Below, in pieces: positions 1-8,393 of a stretch of DNA of 38,159 bases. The stretch comes from an uncultured Bacteroidaceae bacterium (GTDB taxonomy: Bacteria; Bacteroidota; Bacteroidia; Bacteroidales; DTU049), in NCBI GenBank assembly GCA_964547605.1, contig CAZJOL010000003.1, positions 1 through 38,159 of the forward strand, in the 5' to 3' direction. Position numbers and translations under genes: made by a program. A model generated the notes under the pieces. It did no database searches, was not told the DNA's origin, and saw only the letters and a program-made list of their open reading frames with translations. Each line of letters begins with the position of its first letter. The first letter of the stretch is position 1.

Positions 1-999
1 AAGAAAGACTTCTCCGCGATATTTCAGATAATCTCCGGCAAATGATTTCAGATCATAGCCATAACAAGTCTTTCCTTCCAGCGGAGGTTTTTCCGACATG
101 CCCTGAATGGGCTTTGGAACAAATGAAAACGAGGTATCCTTAATCAGCGGATGTCCGATTATTTCAAACGCTCTCATGGTTCCTCGGCCAACACTGATAA
201 TGGTGCCTTCGAATAATCCGAGTGATGGATACAAATATACCGACTCCATTGAAACAAGGTTGGGAGAAGGTTTTACAGGAAGCTGATAAAGTTTTTTATG
301 ATTCCATTTCAGACAGGGAATAATCGTCAAATCGCAATGCAGGCTGTCTTTAAGCCAGTACTCTCCATTGATCATGAGTGCCAGTTCACCGATGGTGAGA
401 CCGTGTACAATCGGAACCGGGTGCATGCCGACAAAACTCCGGTAGCCGGAATCCAGCACCGGGCCATCAATATAGTGACCATTGGGATTGGGACGATCGA
501 GAATGATCATCGGAATGTTATTCTCGGCGCATGCCTCCATGGTGTAGTGCATGGTGGAAATGTAAGTGTAGAAGCGCGCTCCGACATCCTGAATGTCGAA
601 AACAACGATGTCAGTGTTTTCAAGTTCTTTTTTTGAGGGCTTGAACGAATTCCCGAAAAGGGAAATCACATTGATTCCGGTAAGACTATCCTTGTAGCTG
701 TGCACGTGTGCGCCGTCGGCCAGGTCGCCTCTGAAGCCGTGTTCAGGAGCAAAAATGGTTGTAATGTTTATTCCAAGTGACAAAAGGGAATCTACTTCGT
801 GGCGTTTATTAATCAACGAAGTATTGTTGACCACCATGGCAACCCGCTTGTCTTTGAGGAAATGCAGGTAAACGTCTGTGCGCTCAGCTCCGTTGATTAC
901 TGTTGAATCGGTCACTGTTTCAAACGTCCTGTCGGCCGGCTGGGCAAACAAAAAGACATACTGGAAAAGCGCGAACAGGAATATGCTGAATCTCATCAT
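1..999 (-). CDS. DUF1343 / NamZ-like exo-beta-N-acetylmuramidase family protein, C-terminus cut by the window edge
   Basis: Absent from the ORF track because no stop lies inside the window. The reverse frame is open from ATG (999-997) to position 1. My translation starts MMRFSIFLFALFQYVFLFAQPADR (signal peptide). It contains FDIQDVGARFYTYISTMHYTMEACAENNIPMIILDRPNPNG and GMHPVPIVHGLTIGELALMING, blocks typical of DUF1343. Confidence 0.8.
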   Translation of the reverse strand, partial: MMRFSIFLFALFQYVFLFAQPADRTFETVTDSTVINGAERTDVYLHFLKDKRVAMVVNNTSLINKRHEVDSLLSLGINITTIFAPEHGFRGDLADGAHVHSYKDSLTGINVISLFGNSFKPSKKELENTDIVVFDIQDVGARFYTYISTMHYTMEACAENNIPMIILDRPNPNGHYIDGPVLDSGYRSFVGMHPVPIVHGLTIGELALMINGEYWLKDSLHCDLTIIPCLKWNHKKLYQLPVKPSPNLVSMESVYLYPSLGLFEGTIISVGRGTMRAFEIIGHPLIKDTSFSFVPKPIQGMSEKPPLEGKTCYGYDLKSFAGDYLKYRGEVFL

Positions 1000-1074
1000 A
1001 GGAGAACGAAATTAAAAAAAAAGAATGAATAAGGAAAAATTTTCAACATCGTGTTGGAGCAATGATATAAATTC

Positions 1075-1082
1075 TATTTTTG
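1075..1082 (+). promoter_or_regulatory. Candidate Bacteroidota sigma-A -7 box (TATTTTTG)
   Basis: Matches the TAnnTTTG consensus, 49 nt upstream of the ATG at 1132. Confidence 0.35.
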
Positions 1083-1131
1083 TAATGGGGGAGCTGAATA
1101 ATTTTCGGCTTATAATTATAATACAACCTAT

Positions 1132-1350
1132 ATGAAAGTATACAAAGTAAAAATTACTGAGTCTCTGTCAAGAGTTGTGGAGATTGAAGCTCAATCATCG
1201 GAGGACGCTGTTTCAAAAGTAAATGGTTTGTATAAAAATGCTGTTATCACACTTGATGAATCTGACTATACGGAATTGCAAATCACTGAGGTAAGCGATG
1301 CTGAGCTGATCGGAAAATTGTCGGGCAAAAACGTGAAATCGCTGAACTGA
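1132..1350 (+). CDS. Small DpnD/PcfM-like protein (72 aa)
   Basis: ORF track. MKVYKVKITESLSRVVEIEAQSSEDAVSKVNGLYKNAVITLDESDY fits the pattern I recall for the DpnD/PcfM domain (xIxExLSRxVxVEAxSxEEA...Y...IVLDxxD). It has its own promoter-like box and terminator. Confidence 0.6.
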   Translation: MKVYKVKITESLSRVVEIEAQSSEDAVSKVNGLYKNAVITLDESDYTELQITEVSDAELIGKLSGKNVKSLN

Positions 1351-1357
1351 GCCGTGT

Positions 1358-1385
1358 GTCATCATTTTCATGATGACTGTTTTCC
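1358..1385 (+). terminator. Rho-independent terminator after the DpnD-like gene
   Basis: Perfect 8-bp stem GTCATCAT/ATGATGAC with loop TTTC, followed by TGTTTTCC. Confidence 0.6.
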
Positions 1386-1396
1386 TTGATTTTTAT

Positions 1397-1404
1397 TACA
1401 TTTG
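1397..1404 (+). promoter_or_regulatory. -7 box TACATTTG for the lolE-like/GT2/miaA operon
   Basis: TAnnTTTG match. The ORF-track TTG start at 1402 lies inside this box, which argues for the in-frame TTG at 1420. Confidence 0.5.
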
Positions 1405-1419
1405 CACAAACTGAACCGC

Positions 1420-2643
1420 TTGAATCATTCAGGTTTTATTGCCCGTCGACTGACGGCCGGAAGATCCAAAAGCGTTACCGGACCCGTAATCCGTGTATCG
1501 GTGTTCAGCATTGCGCTCAGTATTTCAGTTATGCTGATTGCTTTTGCGATTGTACGCGGGTTTCAGCACGAGGTGCGTGAAAAAATCATTGGCTTTGGTG
1601 CGCATATCCAGATCCGGCCTTTCGACACAAATGAATCACTTGAACAATCTCCTGTTCAAACCGGACGCGAAGATATTGATGCATTGCAATCGGTTAATGG
1701 GGTCAAAACCGTTTTTCCTTTTGTTGAAAAAGGAGGTCTGATCAAGACTGACAGCAACCTTCACGGCATTGTGATGAAAGGCGTGAATGCTGATTTTGAT
1801 TTTTCTTTTCTGCAGAAAAACATGGTTGAAGGTCGCTTACCGGACTTTTCAGATTCACTTTCAAATGACGTGGTGATATCTCAGAAAGTGGCTTCAATGC
1901 TTGGGTTGCATACAGGCAGCCCACTGCGGGTGTATTTTATAATTCAGGACGAGGTTCAGCCGCGTGGAAGAAAATTCAATGTATGCGGAATCTTCAATAC
2001 CGGAATGGCGGAATTCGATAAGATCTACTCTGTATGCGACATGCGTCACCTTCAGAAACTCAACGGCTGGGGCGACTCGCTGGTGAGCGGGTATGAAATT
2101 CTGCTCAATGATTTCGACGATCTTCCGCAGGTGATGACCGATGTGAATAATACCATTTATTACGATCTCGATTCTTCGGATATTATTACGCGGCAGGCGC
2201 AGTTCTTCGACTGGCTCGCATTGCTTGACTCAAACGTTTTCATTATTCTGGTTCTGATGACCGTTGTCGCCATTATCAATATTATTTCGATCATTCTGAT
2301 TCTGATTCTTGAAAGAATACCATTCATTGGTTTGTTCAAAGCACTTGGAGCCGGAAACCGGATGATCCGGGATGTGTTTGTAAAAATTTCCGTGCGGCTT
2401 CTGCTGCGGGGGATTATCCTTGGAAATGCATTTGGTCTGGGACTGATTCTGCTGCAGTATTTCACGCAGATTTTTCCGCTCAATCAGGAGATGTATTATC
2501 TCGGACATATTCCGGTTCTGATTCAGGCCGATTATATTCTTGCGGTTAACATTGGTGTGTTTGCAATTTCATTGCTTGCAGTCATGCTGCCCGCACTCAT
2601 CATCCGCCGCATCAATCCTTCTGCAGCATTGCAACACAAATAA
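1420..2643 (+). CDS. LolC/LolE-like FtsX-family ABC transporter permease
   Basis: ORF track 1402..2643. From the TTG at 1420 the product begins MNHSGFIARRLTAGRSKS...VSVFSIALSISVMLIAFAIVRGFQHEVREKIIGFGAHIQIRPF. That is the usual N-terminus of this family: TM1, a MacB-like periplasmic domain, then a C-terminal FtsX 3-TM bundle. Confidence 0.85.
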   Translation: MNHSGFIARRLTAGRSKSVTGPVIRVSVFSIALSISVMLIAFAIVRGFQHEVREKIIGFGAHIQIRPFDTNESLEQSPVQTGREDIDALQSVNGVKTVFPFVEKGGLIKTDSNLHGIVMKGVNADFDFSFLQKNMVEGRLPDFSDSLSNDVVISQKVASMLGLHTGSPLRVYFIIQDEVQPRGRKFNVCGIFNTGMAEFDKIYSVCDMRHLQKLNGWGDSLVSGYEILLNDFDDLPQVMTDVNNTIYYDLDSSDIITRQAQFFDWLALLDSNVFIILVLMTVVAIINIISIILILILERIPFIGLFKALGAGNRMIRDVFVKISVRLLLRGIILGNAFGLGLILLQYFTQIFPLNQEMYYLGHIPVLIQADYILAVNIGVFAISLLAVMLPALIIRRINPSAALQHK

Positions 2644-2655
2644 CGGTTGAAGTTC

Positions 2656-3990
2656 ATGCATCTTTTTGTAACCATTCCTGCTATAAATGAAAAGGAGTTT
2701 ATTCCCGGAGTCCTTGCGGATCTGGCGAAGCAGGAGTACAATAATTTTACTTTGCTGGTTTGTGTGAATCAGCCCGATGCCTGGTGGAACGCTGTGTCGA
2801 AGCTGGATGTATGCAACAATAATATTGCAACGCTGCATTATGTAAAATCATTTTGTGAGTTACACAATATTCATCTGATTCTTCAGGATAAGTGTACGCG
2901 CGGAAACGGATGGAAAGGCAAAGAGGGAGGCGTTGGCTGGGCCCGCAAAACACTGATGGATGCCGTAGAAGCAATGGCCGGTGATGATGATGTGATTGTT
3001 TCACTCGATGCTGACACGCGCGTCGAAACAAATTATCTGGCGGAAATTGCAAAACAATTCAATGTTTTTCAAAAGGCTTCTGCCATGGCTTTGCCCTATT
3101 TTCACCGGCTTCAGGGCGATGACGATCACAAAAAGTCGATGCTGCGTTATGAGATTTATCTGCGTTGTTATGCAATAAATCTGCTTCGCATAGGTCATCC
3201 GTTTGCGTATACTCCTATCGGTAGTGCAATGGCAGCGCGCGTTTCGGCGTATCGTAAAATACGCGGACTCACGGCAACATCATCTGGTGAAGACTTTTAT
3301 TTCATGATGAAACTTCGCAAAACCGGCATCATCATTCCGTTTTGCGATACGCGTGTTTATCCCTCGTCGAGAAAATCGCACCGTGTGATTTTTGGTACCG
3401 GCCCGACTGTCGCTCTGGGAGCGCCGGGGCAGGTGGAGCGATATCCGATATATCATCCGTCATTGTTCAATCAGATTGAAGATGCCTGCCGTGCCTTCGG
3501 TGAAATATTCATTACGGCAAGTCCTCTGGCTGTTGATCGTGCGCTGAAAGTATTTCCTGATCTCGAACATGAAAAGCTCCTGAAAAATCATCCGCAGCTG
3601 ATCCGCTTTATTCATGCATGTTACATGAAGGCCGATGCGTTTGCCATTTACAAATATGTGCGTTCAAATCAACCGACTGGTGTGAGCGATATGGAGAGTG
3701 TTTCAGCGTTGTTGAAAGCACTTCAGCTGCCATTGGATTGTCTGTCCTTCAATGAGGTTTCTGATACTGTTCACATTTCGACTCCGCTCAATGTGACAGA
3801 ATGCCGGGATCAGGATGACAATTCTGGCCATTTGCATTATAGTGAATTACATAATCTGCGCGTTGAACAATTGAAATCCCTTCGCACGCTTCTGATGGAG
3901 ACTGAGGAAAAAATGCTGAAGAAAAAATATAATGATTACTTTGCATTGCATAATGACTTAAAACACCCTATATGGAAATTCATGAGCTGA
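2656..3990 (+). CDS. Family 2 glycosyltransferase with an uncharacterised ~190-aa C-terminal extension
   Basis: ORF track 2647..3990 (TTG); the first ATG is at 2656. It has the GT-A N-terminus HLFVTIPAINEKEFIPGVLADLAKQ and an SLDADT (DxD-type) motif. It starts 13 nt after the upstream stop, and its stop overlaps miaA. Confidence 0.8.
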   Translation: MHLFVTIPAINEKEFIPGVLADLAKQEYNNFTLLVCVNQPDAWWNAVSKLDVCNNNIATLHYVKSFCELHNIHLILQDKCTRGNGWKGKEGGVGWARKTLMDAVEAMAGDDDVIVSLDADTRVETNYLAEIAKQFNVFQKASAMALPYFHRLQGDDDHKKSMLRYEIYLRCYAINLLRIGHPFAYTPIGSAMAARVSAYRKIRGLTATSSGEDFYFMMKLRKTGIIIPFCDTRVYPSSRKSHRVIFGTGPTVALGAPGQVERYPIYHPSLFNQIEDACRAFGEIFITASPLAVDRALKVFPDLEHEKLLKNHPQLIRFIHACYMKADAFAIYKYVRSNQPTGVSDMESVSALLKALQLPLDCLSFNEVSDTVHISTPLNVTECRDQDDNSGHLHYSELHNLRVEQLKSLRTLLMETEEKMLKKKYNDYFALHNDLKHPIWKFMS

Positions 3991-4901
3991 TGGTAATTCT
4001 CGGTCCTACTGCAACGGGCAAAACCGCGCTGGCAGTGAAGGCTGCAAGAACGATGAATGCCGAAATCGTCAGTGCCGACAGCAGGCAGATTTACCGCGGC
4101 CTTGACATCGGAACCGGAAAAGATTTGTCGGAGTACAGCGAGGGCGGCGAGCCGGTTCCCTACCATTTGATTGACTTTCTGAATCCGGGAGACTCATACA
4201 ATACTTTTCAGTTTAAAGCCGATGCAACAGAAGTGATAAGAGAAATCGGAAGCCGCGGCAAATTGCCGTTGGTTTGCGGAGGAACCGGTTTGTACATTGA
4301 GTCTTTGTTGCTCGATTATCATTTCAGCGCAGCGACACGTCAGGAAGATTTCCGGCGTGAAGCGGAGCATATGGAGAATAGTGTGCTTGCGCGACAGATC
4401 GAAGTTTTGGGCGGAACTCTTTCAAATGAAGATAAAGCCAATCGTCATCGCCTGATACGAAAGCTTGAAGTGATGCTGTTTTCGGAAGAAAAAAAAGAAA
4501 TGCGTGAGTCATTGAAAATTGAAAAGCTGCATGTATTTGGCATTGAATTACCCCGCGAAATAATTCGCAAACGCATTACAGACCGATTGATTATTCGTCT
4601 GGAGCATGGCATGATTGAAGAAGTAAAGTCTCTGCTTGATGCCGGCGTATCCCCGAAATGGCTCGATGCTCTAGGCCTTGAATACCGCTTCATAAGCCGT
4701 TATCTGAAAAAGCAAATGACCTATCAGGAAATGTTTTCTCAACTGGAGACGGCCATACATCAGTTTGCAAAACGACAGAGCACGTGGTTTCGCCGCATGG
4801 AAAAACGAGGTGTCAGAATCAACTGGATCGATGGTCTGGCCGATGATTCGGAAAAGATGGAATTCATTCTGGAGACAGTGGATTTTAAATCCCTCGGCTA
4901 G
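3972..4901 (+). CDS. miaA: tRNA dimethylallyltransferase
   Basis: P-loop ILGPTATGKTALAV and SADSRQIYRGLDIGTGK. An alternative ATG at 3990 shares its A with the GT2 stop (TGATG). Confidence 0.93.
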   Translation: MEIHELMVILGPTATGKTALAVKAARTMNAEIVSADSRQIYRGLDIGTGKDLSEYSEGGEPVPYHLIDFLNPGDSYNTFQFKADATEVIREIGSRGKLPLVCGGTGLYIESLLLDYHFSAATRQEDFRREAEHMENSVLARQIEVLGGTLSNEDKANRHRLIRKLEVMLFSEEKKEMRESLKIEKLHVFGIELPREIIRKRITDRLIIRLEHGMIEEVKSLLDAGVSPKWLDALGLEYRFISRYLKKQMTYQEMFSQLETAIHQFAKRQSTWFRRMEKRGVRINWIDGLADDSEKMEFILETVDFKSLG

Positions 4902-4920
4902 TTTCGAAATGCCCGATATT

Positions 4921-4999
4921 AGTGGTCAGTAGCCAATAGTCAGTAATCAGTGAAACTTATCACTTATCACTCATAACTCATAACAGGCCACTGACTACT
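4921..4999. repeat. Imperfect palindrome of about 7-nt stutter units between convergent miaA and the CPBP gene; probable bidirectional terminator
   Basis: The outer arms AGTGGTCAGTAGCC (4921-4934) and GGCCACTGACTACT (4986-4999) pair at 12 WC plus 1 GU of 14. The interior is TCAGTA x3, then CTTATCA x2 and CTCATAA x2. The right arm overlaps the CPBP stop codon (4995-4997). Confidence 0.55.
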
Positions 5000-5804
5000 G
5001 AAAAAACCCTTCCTGCCACAGAGCAGCCATATCCATTGTAATGGCAACGCTGTAATGAAGAAAAACGCCGAGCGCAATGCTGCGGCTTTTCAGACTCATC
5101 ATGCCGAGTGCAAGTCCGGCGAAAATGGCTGCAAATGTCTCTCCCATGGGCTTCCCGAAATGAATCATGCAATAAGGGACGGTCATGATTATTATTGAAT
5201 ATACTCCTACATATTTTTTCAGACCGTGCACTAAGAATCCACGAAAGAAAAATTCAAGTGCAAAAAACTGACAGAAATAAATCATTTGCCAGATCCAGAA
5301 ATTCGGCCAGAGTGATTCTCCGGTAGCCGGCGTGTAGAAAGGATACCGGGCCTGAAAGCTGTGGGTTGTACTTGCAAAATATACAAGCGGGAACATGATG
5401 CCCAGCATGATCAGATAAATCCAGGAATCTTTGAGAAACGTTCCCCATTGCAACCCATAATCACGCAGCCGTTCACGAAATCCAAATTTAATGACCAGCA
5501 CCGGCACAATGAAATAACAGATAAAGATGATCGCAACCCAGTATGCGAGATTGTACAACTGATAATTCGGCGAATGTTCGAGATATTTTTCCAGAAATGA
5601 CGCAAATCCGTTCAATCCAAACCAGCGTGAAGTCTGCTGCAGCAGATAATGTCCGGGACTTTTACCGATGTATTCAATTACAATCAGCGAACAGCAGGCA
5701 ACAAACAAAATAACAAAGGGCCGCAGGCTTGCCTTGCTTCCATTTTCGCGCTTTGTCTGGATGTTGGCGATGGTTGTTTGTATGACACTGAAAAATTTTC
5801 TCAC
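4995..5804 (-). CDS. CPBP family intramembrane glutamic endopeptidase (CAAX protease/Abi-like)
   Basis: ORF track, GTG start. Polytopic membrane protein with ALEFFFRGF (EExxxR motif) and the downstream IHFGKP and FLHYSVAITMD motifs. Confidence 0.8.
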   Translation of the reverse strand: MRKFFSVIQTTIANIQTKRENGSKASLRPFVILFVACCSLIVIEYIGKSPGHYLLQQTSRWFGLNGFASFLEKYLEHSPNYQLYNLAYWVAIIFICYFIVPVLVIKFGFRERLRDYGLQWGTFLKDSWIYLIMLGIMFPLVYFASTTHSFQARYPFYTPATGESLWPNFWIWQMIYFCQFFALEFFFRGFLVHGLKKYVGVYSIIIMTVPYCMIHFGKPMGETFAAIFAGLALGMMSLKSRSIALGVFLHYSVAITMDMAALWQEGFFQ

Positions 5805-5825
5805 ATCAGTTTTCTAAGTGAAGTG

Positions 5826-5833
5826 CAAAATTA
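5826..5833 (-). promoter_or_regulatory. -7 box TAATTTTG (reverse strand) for the CPBP gene
   Basis: TAnnTTTG match 21 nt upstream of the GTG at 5804. Confidence 0.5.
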
Positions 5834-5971
5834 CAATTTATAACAAGCACCCTTTATTCGCACAGGGAAGCGATTATCCAATTTCTTTGATTCTTTAACA
5901 CGAACGACTTTGAAATAGGATATAAAAAGCTTAAATTCATAGATAAATTAATTCGCTTAAAAATTACGCTT

Positions 5972-6718
5972 ATGAAAACAATTATACTGCTTATTGCTGT
6001 TTTGCTTGTTTCCCCGGTTTATTCGCAGAGTAACCGTGGCTATTTTTCAGGCACCCATGTGAAGCACCGTTATGAAAAGGAATTCAATCTGTCGGGCTTT
6101 ACCGGAATGTTTCTCGAAGGTCCGAAAAACAACATTGAGAAAACAATGAGGGAGTGCGGGTTAGGTGACACCTACAGGGACCCTGAGACAGATTTATATT
6201 TTCCGCATCCCAATTCCACTTATCACTTGATTTACGACGCAGAAGCATCGTATTATTTTTCGGGCAACAGCGGTGTTTCATTGAATTATGGCCTTTTCGA
6301 CAATGTCCGGGTGGAGGGATATGATGATATCGGAAGCGGAAATTCAATTTCTCTGAGGAATAAATTATCTTCGATTTCGGCATGCTATGTCTTTCACACA
6401 AGCGATAACATCAACAGCATTTTTGTTGGCCCTGCGCTTTTGTTTCATGAAATCACCTTTTTGAAATCCACGTCAACACTCATGAAGATGGGCTTTTTCA
6501 TCGGGTACACACAGCGGATTACACGATGGGATCGTTTTTTCATTGCAGTCAAAGTGAATTACCGGTGGTCGCCGAAAACACTGATCGGACCTTTTATTGA
6601 ATCGAATGATGGAATAAATGGTTTGCCGAATGCTGAAACATTTACCTCCGAATTTCCACAGACAAAAGTGAATACCGGATGCTTCAATCTCGGGATAGCA
6701 GTCGGGGTCAGAATCTAA
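5972..6718 (+). CDS. Hypothetical secreted or outer-membrane protein (possible small beta-barrel)
   Basis: ORF track. Signal peptide MKTIILLIAVLLVSPVYSQ, alternating hydrophobic strands, and a C-terminus ending GIAVGVRI. I recognise no family. Confidence 0.6.
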   Translation: MKTIILLIAVLLVSPVYSQSNRGYFSGTHVKHRYEKEFNLSGFTGMFLEGPKNNIEKTMRECGLGDTYRDPETDLYFPHPNSTYHLIYDAEASYYFSGNSGVSLNYGLFDNVRVEGYDDIGSGNSISLRNKLSSISACYVFHTSDNINSIFVGPALLFHEITFLKSTSTLMKMGFFIGYTQRITRWDRFFIAVKVNYRWSPKTLIGPFIESNDGINGLPNAETFTSEFPQTKVNTGCFNLGIAVGVRI

Positions 6719-6760
6719 TAATGCTCACCCGGAATTTGCAGCAAAACAGATTTGATGAAA

Positions 6761-7753
6761 TCAACTCTGAATAAACACTTCGAGAATCTCAGCACCGTTT
6801 TTGGCCGATATCAGCAGATCATCTGCAATGGCAGGAACCAGGATGCATTCTCCTTTACGCAGTGTTTCTTCTTTGCCATCCCATTCATAAACAGCATCAC
6901 CTTCCACGCAAAGCAAAATAACAAACGAATCGAGGGAGATGTATTCGCGACGTACTTTCTGTGCGGCCTTCAGCGTTATGCGATTGGTGACAAACTCAGC
7001 ACAGTTTACCAAAGTGTCAATGGTGTTTCCCAACCGAACCGGTTCCGTTTTTCCGGTGGAGATATCGTCGTAATTCAGCGCACTGAGCCCGTTTCCGATA
7101 TGCAGCTCGCGTGGATTGCCTTCATTATCGGTGCGTCCCCAGTCATATAGTCTGTATGTAAAGTCGCTTGTCTGCTGGATTTCAGCCAGTGTGAGTCCGG
7201 GTCCGACGGCATGAATTTTTCCGGCCGGAGTGAAATACACATCTTTGGGTGCAGGATTCACCATGTTTAATTTCTGAGACAGGGTGCCGTTTTCAATGGC
7301 TTTTTGAACCTGCGCGGAATCAGTTTTTGTTTTGAATCCATTGATCAAACCCGCATCATCAGTGGCATTGAGAATATACCACATTTCTGTTTTTCCGAAA
7401 GGCACCCGATGATGTTTCATGGCCAGATCATTGTCCGGATGCACCTGCACCGAAAGCCATTCAGTAGTATCGAGCAACTTGACGAGAATGGGGAATGTCT
7501 CACCATATTCATTGAAAACCGGCTCTCCGACCAGATCTTCCATATATACTTCAACCAGTTCGTTCAGCTCATTGCCTTCGAGAAAGCCGTTGGAAACAAC
7601 GCTTTGCTTTCCTTCGACACCCGACAAAAGCCAGGCTTCGCCGCATTTTTCAGCAGGTGCGTTTTTGAGAGAATCAATTTTTGAAAGATTATTTCCACCC
7701 CAGGGCTTTGTGTAAAACTGAGGTATAAATTTGAGCGGATACAATTCGTTCAT
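6761..7753 (-). CDS. manA: Type I phosphomannose isomerase (mannose-6-phosphate isomerase)
   Basis: N-terminus MNELYPLKFIPQFYTKPWGG, then GEAWLLSG, and LSVQVHPDN providing the cupin metal ligands. Confidence 0.85.
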   Translation of the reverse strand: MNELYPLKFIPQFYTKPWGGNNLSKIDSLKNAPAEKCGEAWLLSGVEGKQSVVSNGFLEGNELNELVEVYMEDLVGEPVFNEYGETFPILVKLLDTTEWLSVQVHPDNDLAMKHHRVPFGKTEMWYILNATDDAGLINGFKTKTDSAQVQKAIENGTLSQKLNMVNPAPKDVYFTPAGKIHAVGPGLTLAEIQQTSDFTYRLYDWGRTDNEGNPRELHIGNGLSALNYDDISTGKTEPVRLGNTIDTLVNCAEFVTNRITLKAAQKVRREYISLDSFVILLCVEGDAVYEWDGKEETLRKGECILVPAIADDLLISAKNGAEILEVFIQS

Positions 7754-7818
7754 AAATGAAAAAATTTATTACGGAACCCAGAGACAAGATTCCATGCTGA
7801 TTTCCGAAGTTGTAAAAA

Positions 7819-8310
7819 TCAGAAAATATTCGGAAAAACAATGCCGAGTTTGTTCAGCGTTTTTTCGAGAAATGCTTTTGCATTGGCAGTATCGCCTTCT
7901 TCGGGTGCCCATTCTGCAAAAATCTTATCATCCTTTGGATCATAAGGACCATCCTTCACTTCGAGCGCAACAGAACTGACCTTGAGTGCAATCACCGTGT
8001 GATACACCGCTGGATCAATCTCAACGGCAAAATTTCCGGTACTCTGACTCAGGGTAAAAGAATCAGTTACGTTTCCGGCATCGTCGAATTCCAGCATCAG
8101 AAACTCGCCGCGAACCACTGCGAAAAGCTCGCGTTTATGCGGCATTTCGTGTTTGTGCGGACGAATATAGGTGCCAGGTTCCATAGCATTCAGGAAACGC
8201 TGCATCACATCGTCTTCGGTCTTGTGAATATTCAGGTTCATGCGTCTGCGGTCCGAAGCCTTGGCTTTTTGCGACAGATTATTGATGGTGGTCGTATCTA
8301 CTTTGTACAT
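7819..8310 (-). CDS. WbuC-family cupin-fold metalloprotein
   Basis: ORF track 7819..8340 (TTG). That TTG lies in the promoter box, so I take the ATG at 8310 (MYKVDTTTINNLSQKA...). RRRMNLNIHKTEDDVMQRFLNAMEPGTYIRPHKH is typical of WbuC. Confidence 0.8.
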   Translation of the reverse strand: MYKVDTTTINNLSQKAKASDRRRMNLNIHKTEDDVMQRFLNAMEPGTYIRPHKHEMPHKRELFAVVRGEFLMLEFDDAGNVTDSFTLSQSTGNFAVEIDPAVYHTVIALKVSSVALEVKDGPYDPKDDKIFAEWAPEEGDTANAKAFLEKTLNKLGIVFPNIF

Positions 8311-8329
8311 AATTTTATTTTTGAACGGA

Positions 8330-8337
8330 TAAAGGTA
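8330..8337 (-). promoter_or_regulatory. -7-like box TACCTTTA (reverse strand) for the WbuC-like gene
   Basis: 7 of 8 match to TAnnTTTG, 19 nt upstream of the ATG at 8310. Confidence 0.4.
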
Positions 8338-8369
8338 CAAAAAAAAATTGAAATTATGTACAGAATAGC

Positions 8370-8377
8370 TAAATTTG
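8370..8377 (+). promoter_or_regulatory. -7 box TAAATTTG for the AlbA_2-like gene
   Basis: TAnnTTTG match 16 nt upstream of the ATG at 8394. Confidence 0.45.
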
Positions 8378-8393
8378 TATCATTGAGCCTGGA

